From: an uncultured Thermoplasmatales archaeon
Lineage (GTDB): Archaea; Thermoplasmatota; Thermoplasmata; Thermoplasmatales; GCA-001856825
Direction: 5' to 3'
Length of the DNA: 64,000 nucleotides
Assembly (NCBI GenBank): GCA_964468585.1
Contig: CAYXTM010000007.1
Coordinates: forward strand, 3,346-67,345
Shown: positions 9,315-18,744 of the stretch, one piece after another
Layout of the letters: the number at the start of each line of letters is the position of its first letter
Numbering within the stretch: the stretch's first letter is position 1
Position numbers and translations under genes: made by a program
The notes under the pieces: generated by a model
The model's input: only the letters and a program-made list of their open reading frames with translations
What the model was told of the DNA's origin: nothing
Database searches by the model: none

Positions 9315-9881
9315 ATGGCTCATAAGCAAGATAACACAACCTTTTCATATTTGGCCATGGTCTGGCCATGGATTACGATTGCCTTAATTTTTATAAATAT
9401 TCTAATATCTCCTTGGTTTTCATGGGGAAAAAATGCGCTTTCTGATCTAGGAGTGAACAAGTACGGTTATATCTTCAATTTTGCAATATTCTCAGAGGGC
9501 ATAATAAATGGGTTGTATTTTTCATTATATGGCAATCGAGGATCTTCCTTGTACTTAATGATAATCGGATCATTTTCGCTGGCGTTAGTAGGAGTTTTTA
9601 ACGAACATTTTGGAGTAATTCATTTGATTTTAGCTCTGATTTACTTTACTTTCCTGCCAATATACATTATAATAAATTCAGGCAAATTCAACAAATTGGA
9701 TAGGTTCTTCAATCTCACGATGGGAATACTTGCGCTTTTCACGATATTTATAGGAATACTGTCTATTTTTAAAATCATACCCAAAGTAACAGGACTTGGC
9801 GTATATGAAACAATAGAGGCATTATTAATTTCAATTTGGATTTCTGTCTACATCTACAAGTACAGGGTGAAAAACGATTAG
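9315..9881 (+). CDS. DUF998-like membrane protein
   Basis: PWFSWGKNALSDLG, LALVGVFNE and H-x3-A; about 6 TM segments. Confidence 0.75.
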   Translation: MAHKQDNTTFSYLAMVWPWITIALIFINILISPWFSWGKNALSDLGVNKYGYIFNFAIFSEGIINGLYFSLYGNRGSSLYLMIIGSFSLALVGVFNEHFGVIHLILALIYFTFLPIYIIINSGKFNKLDRFFNLTMGILALFTIFIGILSIFKIIPKVTGLGVYETIEALLISIWISVYIYKYRVKND

Positions 9882-9938
9882 AAAATTAAAATATATTGTT
9901 ATCCCTTTTTCTAAATTAGAGTTTAACCCCATAAAATT

Positions 9939-11078
9939 CTATTGTATTAACACATCTTTACCATACAATACCTTAGCAACCTCAGGTCTTATAATTTCAT
10001 CAGGAATAGTTTCTCCATTCTGCAACATTTCTCTAATCTTTGTTTGACTAATTATCATCCTTTCATTTACGTCATGCGGGCAAACTCTGTCCGAAGTTAT
10101 ACCTTTGCATTTCTTGCAGTAAAAAGTTTCCGTGAATTTCAGTGGCTTCACTCCTATGTCATATTTATCAAATATGGCATGTGCTGCATATGGATCATAA
10201 TATTTTCCCACCCCTGCTTGGTCCCTACCAACGATATAATGTGTTGCACCATAGTTTCTCCTTATTATTGCCAGGAATAATGCTGCTTTTGGTCCACCAT
10301 ATCTCATGGTAATGTTTAGCGGGGAGAAAACAACCTTGTCAGTCCTGTGGTAATTTTCTATTAATGCTTTATAAGATTCTATAATTACATTTGACTTATA
10401 ATCTCCCTTCTTTAGTCTTCCAACAACTATATGGATGAAAAGACCATCTATTTCCGGATTTTCCAGTGAAGATTTTTGGAGATATTCATGGGCCACATGC
10501 GGTGGGTTTCTAGCCTGATAAGCGGCTATCCCTTTCCAACCCCTCTTTGAGAATATATCTCGTATCTGAGACGGAGTGTTCTCTCCATAATTTTCATGAT
10601 TAACACCACTAAACAAGGTTACTTTACCTGAAAGGGCAAATTCAGTGTAACTATTGAAAATATCATTTACATTTGGATGCGCATTTTCGATGGTACCATA
10701 GACCTTTAAAGCAAATTCCTTCCTATTAATTTTAAATTTTTCCTCTATATTCAAAAAGCCATATACTTCCCCTTTTGGGTTCAATAGAAAAAGATCATCC
10801 CCATGTTTCATTTTCTTCCATGTTTCTTCATTTGTTGTATAAATTATAGGTATTGTCCATGGTAGTCCATTATTCAATGTATTATTATTTATAACTGAAG
10901 AAAATTCCTCTGAACCCTGAAAACTATCAAGAGGACTATATGCTCCTTCTGCTATCTTTACTGAATCAAGATAAAAATCTATAAAAGGTAAGTCAACAAT
11001 TCCCTTAACTTCATCCTTACCAGGTGCTTGAGCATTCGTGAATCTATTAACTAATTTTCCTCCATATGGAGTATTCAT
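9939..11078 (-). CDS. sat: sulfate adenylyltransferase
   Basis: PYGGKLVNR, YSPL..F, WTIPI, QARNPPHVAHE (RNP/HxxH), MRYGGP, HYIVGRDQAG, Zn site CKKC...CPH. Confidence 0.95.
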   Translation of the reverse strand: MNTPYGGKLVNRFTNAQAPGKDEVKGIVDLPFIDFYLDSVKIAEGAYSPLDSFQGSEEFSSVINNNTLNNGLPWTIPIIYTTNEETWKKMKHGDDLFLLNPKGEVYGFLNIEEKFKINRKEFALKVYGTIENAHPNVNDIFNSYTEFALSGKVTLFSGVNHENYGENTPSQIRDIFSKRGWKGIAAYQARNPPHVAHEYLQKSSLENPEIDGLFIHIVVGRLKKGDYKSNVIIESYKALIENYHRTDKVVFSPLNITMRYGGPKAALFLAIIRRNYGATHYIVGRDQAGVGKYYDPYAAHAIFDKYDIGVKPLKFTETFYCKKCKGITSDRVCPHDVNERMIISQTKIREMLQNGETIPDEIIRPEVAKVLYGKDVLIQ

Positions 11079-11198
11079 GTTGCGAGATTTTTGCTAACGT
11101 AATTAAGTTTATGCTAATTATATATAATTATTTAACCGCAAATTAACTATTAAATGGTCATTGAAAAGTTTTATTAAGCTTAATTAATTCCTTAGTCA

Positions 11199-11438
11199 AT
11201 GAGAAGGGAAATCTCTATAATTCTTATTTTTCTGGAGAGTATTATTGTTTACTTCATTGTTTCCAGATTGATATTGGGTCCACTGTTTCAAAAATTTTAT
11301 ACGGGCGATCCAGGGAGAGCTTTAGTGCCGTTTGCCACGTCATATATTTCCCTAGGCATAGCAGTTGCATATTTCACAATAACTCTCTTGATTTATCCAG
11401 TTTTGAAGTTCAGGGAGAAGGTGGTTTTGGATGAGTAA
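11199..11438 (+). CDS. small 2-TM protein, probable oxidase accessory subunit
   Basis: 79 aa with two hydrophobic helices. First gene of the operon; overlaps the subunit II start. Confidence 0.65.
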   Translation: MRREISIILIFLESIIVYFIVSRLILGPLFQKFYTGDPGRALVPFATSYISLGIAVAYFTITLLIYPVLKFREKVVLDE

Positions 11439-11868
11439 GAAGACGCTATATGAGGTTATTTGGTTGGTGGCTGTCATTGCGATTTTAGCTGGATCAGCAG
11501 TTGCGAATTTTCAATACACAACTAGTTCAAGCAAAGAAATAGCACAACCATATACTGGAGACCCAAGCGGTGTCGTTATCAACGTTACTGGCTACCAATG
11601 GGGATGGCAATTCCAATATTCAAATGGAACAGTAACTACAGATAAATTAATACTTCAGGCCAATGTGACATATACTTTGGTAGTAACTTCCAAGGACGTC
11701 ATTCATGACCTATACATTCCGCAGTTTGGCCTCCAGGTGTATGCTGTTTACGGTCATACGAACGTTGTATCATTCACTCCACTTATCCCAGGAACATATA
11801 TCATGGAGTGTGTTGAATATTGTGGCGAATACCATTATGAAATGAGGGGACTGGTGATAGTTCAATGA
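11431..11868 (+). CDS. heme-copper oxidase subunit II (CuA, single TM)
   Basis: GYQWGWQF, DVIH and the CuA motif CVEYCGEYHYEM. Confidence 0.93.
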   Translation: MSKKTLYEVIWLVAVIAILAGSAVANFQYTTSSSKEIAQPYTGDPSGVVINVTGYQWGWQFQYSNGTVTTDKLILQANVTYTLVVTSKDVIHDLYIPQFGLQVYAVYGHTNVVSFTPLIPGTYIMECVEYCGEYHYEMRGLVIVQ

Positions 11869-13523
11869 TCTTTTCCTTTGAACTGGCGATTTTTGGTTCC
11901 ACAATTGGAGTTCTTATTGTCATGGGATTCCTTCTCTTCATATATGCTCAGGATTATCGGAAGTCATTACTGCAAACCGCAAAGGAAAAAGGTGAGTTGG
12001 ATTCAGAGGCCAAAGAAAAGGAAAACGCCGTACTTTCAAAAATGAGAAGGGAATTATCCTTTGCGGCATTCTTTATGGATGACTCCAAGTCTATAGGAAT
12101 TAGATATCTCATTACATCCCTTTTATTTTTCTTCATAGCTGGCCTAGCAGGTATTGGAATGAGGATATCATTGTGGAATCCAAATCCAACTTTCCTTACT
12201 CCCATCCAATATAATGTACTGCTAACCGAGCATGGTACTTTAATGCTCTATGGCTGGGCAACCGGATCTATACTAGGTTTGGGATATTATCTTCTGCCAT
12301 CAATGTTGAAGGTCAAGCAAGACAAATTGGGACATTTAAATTCGGCAATGTATTGGCTGTTCTTCGTTGGAGGTCTTCTACTTATCTTTTCAAGAAGTAC
12401 TGCTTCTTGGTACTTCTATTATCCACTCACTGATCAACTTACAGAATCAGGGGGAGGTCAATTCTCATTTGCGGCACTTGCTGGAGTACTGTTAATATTA
12501 ACAGCAACAAATGTGGCCAGCATAGTATTCCTTAAGATGATTTTCATGGATAGAGATAAAAGTATTAGAATATCCCAGATGCCATTGTTTGCTTGGTCCA
12601 TAGTGTCAACCGCATTCTTGATACTATCAAGTGCGCCAGTATCAATGGCCGCAGATATTATGCTCATTTACGACCTCATTAATCCAGTTTTCTTCACGGG
12701 CGCTAATGGAACAGCTCTTGGATATGCGATACTTTTCTGGTTTTGGGGTCATCCAATAGTGTATGTTGCAGTAATTCCAGCTTTTGGTCTAATCTACGAG
12801 TTGCTTCCTAGATATGCAAATACGAAGATCTACAGTTATAAGAGTGGAGTTATAGGATTGCTGTTGTTGATGGTTCTTTCCGGTACAGTATGGGGTCATC
12901 ACCTGTTCAATAGTGGCCTCGGTACTGTATGGGATCTCATATTTTCAACCACGTCATTTCTGGTTGCTATACCATCAGCAATTACGGTGTTCAATTGGAT
13001 AGCTACACTTTGGTATGGTAGGATCAGGTTAACTGTACCCATGCTTTTCATTATCAACGCAATTATTGACTTCGTCATAGGAGGGGTAACAGGAGTAATG
13101 CAAGCCGACGTTGGTATTAATGAGTTGATTCACGGAACCTACTGGGTAACAGCCCATTTCCATTTCATCCTTCTCGGCATGACAACAGGAATGGCATTTG
13201 CCGCCATATACGCCCTATTTCCGACACTTAGCGGAGGGAGAAAATATAATGTTGGACTTGCAAAAGCACATTTTTACCTAACTGCTCTTGGAACATATGT
13301 TATGACTGTACCATGGGCACTGGGTGGCTTCCAAGGCATGCCTAGAAGGGTTGCTGGATACTTCGGTATATTCCAGTCATATCAGGATGCAGCAGCCATT
13401 GGTGGGATCATTCTGGGTATCGGGCAGTTAATATTCCTAATAAATTTGATTTATTCGTCCACAAAGCCGGTTTCTACCTCTAACGATAACATATTGGAAA
13501 GCGGGGTGGTTGCTGTTGAATAA
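11865..13523 (+). CDS. heme-copper oxygen reductase subunit I
   Basis: All six His ligands (EHG, GHPIVY, WGHH, AHFH), the cross-link Tyr and GMPRR. Confidence 0.95.
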   Translation: MIFSFELAIFGSTIGVLIVMGFLLFIYAQDYRKSLLQTAKEKGELDSEAKEKENAVLSKMRRELSFAAFFMDDSKSIGIRYLITSLLFFFIAGLAGIGMRISLWNPNPTFLTPIQYNVLLTEHGTLMLYGWATGSILGLGYYLLPSMLKVKQDKLGHLNSAMYWLFFVGGLLLIFSRSTASWYFYYPLTDQLTESGGGQFSFAALAGVLLILTATNVASIVFLKMIFMDRDKSIRISQMPLFAWSIVSTAFLILSSAPVSMAADIMLIYDLINPVFFTGANGTALGYAILFWFWGHPIVYVAVIPAFGLIYELLPRYANTKIYSYKSGVIGLLLLMVLSGTVWGHHLFNSGLGTVWDLIFSTTSFLVAIPSAITVFNWIATLWYGRIRLTVPMLFIINAIIDFVIGGVTGVMQADVGINELIHGTYWVTAHFHFILLGMTTGMAFAAIYALFPTLSGGRKYNVGLAKAHFYLTALGTYVMTVPWALGGFQGMPRRVAGYFGIFQSYQDAAAIGGIILGIGQLIFLINLIYSSTKPVSTSNDNILESGVVAVE

Positions 13524-14055
13524 GATTACTGCTATCTCTCTGGCAATTATACTTATAGCTGGTTCAGGTTTATCTTTCTATTTCTTCTTGTCCGTTCCAC
13601 AGGGACTTGGAGCACAAGGTGTCAGCGCATCTTATAATTCTACCATGCTCATAGTCCTGTATGCCAATGCTCAAGGCTGGAACTACAATACAAGTCATCC
13701 CAATCCAACTATCTATGCTAAAACTCACGTACTCTTGGAATTCAAGGTTATAGAGCAGGATAACCTACCACATACTCTCACCATAAATCCTGGAAATACC
13801 GAAAACCAGAATTCAGCAATATTGAGTGTCAATATACCTCCAATACCAGGAAGTGTAGTTTGGGTCAACTGGTCTTTCGGTCAACCTGGGAACTACACAT
13901 ACTGGTGCATAGTTCATCCTGAAACTATGGTAGGTCTACTGGTCATAAATTCTTCAGGAAACTCATCTGCTGCAGTAAGCAGTGGATCATTGGTACCTCT
14001 TAGTTCTGAAATTATTTCCGCAGGTAACTTATATGGAACAAAATTTGATCAATAA
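13510..14055 (+). CDS. membrane-anchored type-1 blue copper protein (cupredoxin)
   Basis: N-terminal TM helix; ligands H (LPHTL) and C-x2-H-x3-M (YWCIVHPETM); PGNYTY strand. Confidence 0.85.
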   Translation: MLLNKITAISLAIILIAGSGLSFYFFLSVPQGLGAQGVSASYNSTMLIVLYANAQGWNYNTSHPNPTIYAKTHVLLEFKVIEQDNLPHTLTINPGNTENQNSAILSVNIPPIPGSVVWVNWSFGQPGNYTYWCIVHPETMVGLLVINSSGNSSAAVSSGSLVPLSSEIISAGNLYGTKFDQ

Positions 14056-14896
14056 AATCATAAGGATGATGAAGCCAGAGATTGCTCTGCTGCTCAATAT
14101 TGTGGCAGTTGCTGGCTTCGTTACCGGCTTGAAGGATGCTAGACAGTTATATCTCATTGTTCCACTACTGGTTGCCGGGACAACATCATCATTTTCTGCA
14201 TCTTTGTTCAATAGTGTAATTGAGTATAGGTCAGACCTTAATATGAAGAGGACAGCATGGAGGAAGGTAGGTGAAATTAGAAATATTGTTTTGTACGTCG
14301 CTATAATTTTATTATTTATGGCTGTTGCAGTTTCTTATATTTTTATCAATATTTACACCACGGTATGGATTATCTCAGGCTTCCTATCCTACGTTTTACT
14401 ATACACAGTGATTCTTAAAAGAACCACCAGTATGAACATAGTAATAGGAGGGATTTCAGGATCATTTCCAGCAATGGCCGGATGGTCTGCGGTTAATAGT
14501 CCATTATCCATTACGTCATTATATTTGGCTGGACTAGTATTTCTCTGGACTCCAGTGCATTTCTGGTCTTTTGCTGTCAAATACCGAGATGATTACAGGA
14601 ATGCCGGAATCCCAATGCTTCCGTCCATTAAACCCATTAACGTGGTTAACAAATACATAGTTGGAAACACAATTGTCTTAATAGGATACTCCATAATTCC
14701 ATTCATTTTCAAAGGTATATTTTCCATAAACATTATGCTAGTTGGAAGTTTAGCCATTTCAACGGCAATTTTAATCTACTATCTCATACACTTTTTGAGG
14801 GACCCCATTAAAAATTCTATAAAGATGTTCAGTGCAAGCAACATTTTCCTTTTGATCTTTCTCTTGGGCATAATAATAGCCAGGGTATACCCATGA
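14033..14896 (+). CDS. ctaB: protoheme IX farnesyltransferase (heme O synthase)
   Basis: KP, D..MKRT..R, YT..LKR, NIVIGG, WTPVHFW, DDYRNAGIPMLP. Start taken at ATG 14033. Confidence 0.92.
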   Translation: MEQNLINKIIRMMKPEIALLLNIVAVAGFVTGLKDARQLYLIVPLLVAGTTSSFSASLFNSVIEYRSDLNMKRTAWRKVGEIRNIVLYVAIILLFMAVAVSYIFINIYTTVWIISGFLSYVLLYTVILKRTTSMNIVIGGISGSFPAMAGWSAVNSPLSITSLYLAGLVFLWTPVHFWSFAVKYRDDYRNAGIPMLPSIKPINVVNKYIVGNTIVLIGYSIIPFIFKGIFSINIMLVGSLAISTAILIYYLIHFLRDPIKNSIKMFSASNIFLLIFLLGIIIARVYP

Positions 14897-16185
14897 AAAT
14901 TACTCACTTAAAAATTCTAAGTTTTATTTTGATCGAGTTATTTTCTTTGGAGCTATTGAAAGAATTCATTGTAGATAAAAACGTTACTTTAGAGTTTTAC
15001 CTTCTTTGGATATCATTTTCAACGGTATTCTTTTATCTTTCTTTCATAAGGAAGTTAGAAGGTCCTTTCCTTACGATATCATTAACCTCCATCATTTTAT
15101 TTATAATAGGTGCGAGAAATTATGCGTTATTAGGCATATTTATTGCTGGTGTTCCATTTTATTTTTACACGGAAAATATTAATAAACTCAGATACAGTGT
15201 GATCTCCATCCTTTTCCTTGCAATAATGGCTATAGCTGGAACCTTGAGAATAGGTTCAGCATCAGGTATGTATGTATTTTCAATTTATGATGATATACCC
15301 AGTATTTATGTACCCATAATTTTCAAGTACGGATTGATTGTTACAATTGGGAGAATTATTTTAACGATTTCGCCTCAATCATTGGTTATAATGGGTTTAG
15401 CATCATACTTCGCTGTTGAAAACACTTATCTTATAATTAAAAAATTCGGTTCCATAAATTCAACTGGAATTCTGCAGGTAGTTCCAGCCGTTGTTTCTTG
15501 CCAATGTGAAACTACCTTAAGTCTATCAGCACTTACAGCCACAATATTTTCTCTGATTATCCTTCCAATTGTTCTAATCTCAATATTTTTCCTTATCATG
15601 ACAAATCTTCTTCTTAAAAATAAGATTAAGCTAAGGATATTCAACAAACATAGAGAGGAGCTGTATCTCTTCATATTTTTAATTTTTATAGGAATATTAA
15701 TGTGGTTTCTTTTGAGTTTCAGCATATTATTCTACGTTATGTTCTCATCCATTCTTTCAGGTCTTGTAATTATGATGATAATTAGAAAAATTAATAGGAA
15801 TCTGAATTTCGGTATTTATTCCATAATCATGGCCGTCATATTGCAAATTTTATCCATAACTCCCTATATGTTATATGGTCTAAGCGATGGATTATCTCAT
15901 TTGATAATTTTCACATCACTAATAACAATCTCTGCAATCCTTCTTTCCTTCTATCAGGGAGGAAAGAGCGTATACAATTCAACTGTTTATGAATTATACT
16001 TCTCCATGTGGAGCATGTCCTTTTTGGGCATACTACTAATCGAGAATTATTATGGACTATATGACATTAGTTCGTTGCTGACAGTTGCAATAACAATTCT
16101 TCTCGTTTCATTTCCTGCCATGTGGATTTCCAATATCTATAATTTAGGAAATTTCAGAATTCTTGGAGATTATAGGTCTGATTAG
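14893..16185 (+). CDS. polytopic membrane protein of unknown function with an SCQCE motif
   Basis: 430 aa, about 12 hydrophobic segments, translationally coupled to ctaB (ATGA overlap). Confidence 0.75.
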   Translation: MKITHLKILSFILIELFSLELLKEFIVDKNVTLEFYLLWISFSTVFFYLSFIRKLEGPFLTISLTSIILFIIGARNYALLGIFIAGVPFYFYTENINKLRYSVISILFLAIMAIAGTLRIGSASGMYVFSIYDDIPSIYVPIIFKYGLIVTIGRIILTISPQSLVIMGLASYFAVENTYLIIKKFGSINSTGILQVVPAVVSCQCETTLSLSALTATIFSLIILPIVLISIFFLIMTNLLLKNKIKLRIFNKHREELYLFIFLIFIGILMWFLLSFSILFYVMFSSILSGLVIMMIIRKINRNLNFGIYSIIMAVILQILSITPYMLYGLSDGLSHLIIFTSLITISAILLSFYQGGKSVYNSTVYELYFSMWSMSFLGILLIENYYGLYDISSLLTVAITILLVSFPAMWISNIYNLGNFRILGDYRSD

Positions 16186-18081
16186 GTCCCTGACATCTGA
16201 GAATCTTATATTTTCATAAGGACAAGCCATAATGCAGGAGCCGGATCCTACACATTTTATGCTCTTGAAATACCCTTTCTTGATCAACTGTGCAGGAATA
16301 TCGCTTATCCCAACTTCACATGCCGTTACACAATCCTTGGTTGGGCATCTATAGCACTGCATTGGGTCCTTTGCTACGATCTTAAAGAATCCAATATATG
16401 ACAGTAGGCCTACAAATGTTCCCGTAGTGCACCATCCATATCTCCTGCATGGAGACATGCCGACAAATGGTATTGATATGAAGAAAATATACCAAAGTAG
16501 GTTCCAGATTAAAAGAGAGAATATGACTGCTGGATCAAAAGGTATCTTAACTATGCCCAGGGAATTCAATAAACTTAAAATTGCGCTTAACACAAAAAAT
16601 ACCCAGGATCCGGCTATCAAAGATTTTGCAATTTTGGAAAACCTAGATCCCAGATTCTTCTTGCTAATTTTTGTCCCATAATTCAGAGAAACCATTGATT
16701 CTCCGAGAGTACCTCCATACATAACAGCTGAGGGGCAGAGGGTGCTGCAATAACTCCTTCTGCCAAATAGTATTGCCAGCACCCCATACAAAATATAGGA
16801 GCCTATAACAGGTAATAGCACATATTTCGTTAACGGTCCAAGGGCACCGACATTTCCCCATAATGGCAATTTAGACCACCCAGCTATAAAATTTGGCCCA
16901 TAAAATGTGTATAGCAGGTATGATGCAATTGCGAGTGAAAGATTTATTCTCTTTTCCCTCCATTTAATCGTCCTCATTCTAAACAGAACGAGGATAATCA
17001 TTTCGCTACCCATTATCATAAGGAATACAAATGAATTGGCGGTTACAGCAACGAACAATAGCAAGTTTATCAATGAAAAGTTAACATTCCAGTAAGGAAC
17101 ATTGTTGGTCAGGAGATATACAACTGCATTACTCCAAGTGTTCTGAATACTGAAAACTCCAACATCTATATCAATCGCCGCTGAATATAAAATCTCAGCA
17201 AGGAAGCTTGAAAGTAATAAGTAAAATAGCCATTTTTTATTCTTATACCAAGATATTTTCGTTTCTGACCCGTAGTTCATGAAAAGAATGTGAAGATAAA
17301 TTATCATGAATACTATCATAGCTATTGAAAATGGGAGGTAGCCAATAGGGTAAACGCTGCCCGTCGCAGAATAAAAAAATATTCCCGATGCCGAAACTAA
17401 CATCATGGTGAAGGAAAAATTGATTATCTTCCTGGTCCTGTTCAATATACTGTATTTGCTTGAAGAAACTATTTCAAATTGGGTCGCCATAACAGCTATC
17501 ATCAAAATAGCATCAACAATGAGAACATAGGTATTTAATGATGGAAGAGTAGTCGGTATTACAAGCATCATTAATCCAGAAAATAGAATTGAGAGCCTTT
17601 CTAGGGGAATCAAATTCTTCATCAAGGGTCCTAAAATCATTTCTCCAGCCATTGGAATGAGGAAGTATGGTGAACCAACGGCCAAGGTAATGCTGCTTAT
17701 TGTGAACTTAAAACCGCTCAATTCTAATATGTCTACTGACATAAAAAATTCAGAGATTACAATCAAAGCTGAAAAGTAAATGATACTTGGCCATTTATTC
17801 CAAGGATTTCTGTTGTGAAGGAATATTAATAATACGAGATATGAAAACATGGGAAACATGACGAAGTTTATGAATGCTACAGTATATAGAAAATTCATGG
17901 GTGACTGTAGATACCAGGCTAGTGAAATATACATATCAAGCATCATGAACAATAGAAAATTGAAAACTGTATATCCAATAGGTTTTAATCTGTTCGCTAG
18001 GTGCAGATATTCAAAGCTCAGGGTAATGGCCATCATGCTTGCTACAAATATTACATCGATTGCAACACTGTTATCCATCAT
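16144..18081 (-). CDS. polytopic membrane polyferredoxin (NapH/CcoG/NosR-type Cys motifs)
   Basis: Many TM helices, GRRSYCSTLCP and PCRRYGWC, and a C-terminal ferredoxin domain CYRCPTKDCVTAC...CVGSGSCIMACP. Confidence 0.85.
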   Translation of the reverse strand: MMDNSVAIDVIFVASMMAITLSFEYLHLANRLKPIGYTVFNFLLFMMLDMYISLAWYLQSPMNFLYTVAFINFVMFPMFSYLVLLIFLHNRNPWNKWPSIIYFSALIVISEFFMSVDILELSGFKFTISSITLAVGSPYFLIPMAGEMILGPLMKNLIPLERLSILFSGLMMLVIPTTLPSLNTYVLIVDAILMIAVMATQFEIVSSSKYSILNRTRKIINFSFTMMLVSASGIFFYSATGSVYPIGYLPFSIAMIVFMIIYLHILFMNYGSETKISWYKNKKWLFYLLLSSFLAEILYSAAIDIDVGVFSIQNTWSNAVVYLLTNNVPYWNVNFSLINLLLFVAVTANSFVFLMIMGSEMIILVLFRMRTIKWREKRINLSLAIASYLLYTFYGPNFIAGWSKLPLWGNVGALGPLTKYVLLPVIGSYILYGVLAILFGRRSYCSTLCPSAVMYGGTLGESMVSLNYGTKISKKNLGSRFSKIAKSLIAGSWVFFVLSAILSLLNSLGIVKIPFDPAVIFSLLIWNLLWYIFFISIPFVGMSPCRRYGWCTTGTFVGLLSYIGFFKIVAKDPMQCYRCPTKDCVTACEVGISDIPAQLIKKGYFKSIKCVGSGSCIMACPYENIRFSDVRDLIRPIISKNSEIS

Positions 18082-18088
18082 GTCCCCC

Positions 18089-18697
18089 CTACGTAGGTAC
18101 TAATAGCGATGCTAATGCCGGGGAAATCACAGCTAATATTGGGAAAAGAGACCATATGAGGTAGTGGATAATGGTTGATGGATATATATTGTTTATCTTA
18201 AGGTCCAAGAGCGAGTAAATTAAGCCCATCGAGAACATGGATAGCATCATCATGGCATTATATGGGAATGGGAACGCCCTATAATTATCAAGGAAAATAA
18301 ATCTTGAATAATATAATAAATATATCACAGAGCTTAGTAATATGGAAATCAAAATGCCATTTTTCCTTAAGGAAAAAAGTATGTACCCCCTAAAAATTGT
18401 TTCCTCAAAAAGTGATGGATAAATTATTATGAACAACGCAACACTAATCCAATTCCCATTTCTTGTTATATACAATATTAATAGAGAGATAATAACAGAA
18501 ACAATCAAAAAGATAACCCAAATAATTGAATTGAAAATGTATAGTTTAATCTTGATCATGAGGATAAAAATAATTAAAAATAGGAATAGGGATATATAAA
18601 ACAGCAATTTCCAATTATCAAAAGTGAAAAAGTATTGTAATAGTAGTGATAGTATTATTAATGTTATGATTGAAAAATTTAGGTATGGTTTTGACAT
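18089..18697 (-). CDS. CPBP (CAAX/Abi) intramembrane metalloprotease-like protein
   Basis: FEETIFRG (EExxxR motif) and STIIHYL; hydrophobic throughout. Confidence 0.8.
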   Translation of the reverse strand: MSKPYLNFSIITLIILSLLLQYFFTFDNWKLLFYISLFLFLIIFILMIKIKLYIFNSIIWVIFLIVSVIISLLILYITRNGNWISVALFIIIYPSLFEETIFRGYILFSLRKNGILISILLSSVIYLLYYSRFIFLDNYRAFPFPYNAMMMLSMFSMGLIYSLLDLKINNIYPSTIIHYLIWSLFPILAVISPALASLLVPT

Positions 18698-18744
18698 TTT
18701 AGACCTCTAAAAAAATTAAAATATAATTAATTATTGTTTATCCA

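Noticed and set aside
11865-13523. Nitric oxide reductase interpretation of subunit I
   Set aside because: The cross-linking Tyr (HPIVY) and all CuB histidines are present, which is consistent with an O2 reductase.
13510-14055. Calling the cupredoxin rusticyanin/sulfocyanin and inferring iron oxidation
   Set aside because: The ligand loop spacing differs, and such clusters also occur in non-iron-oxidisers.
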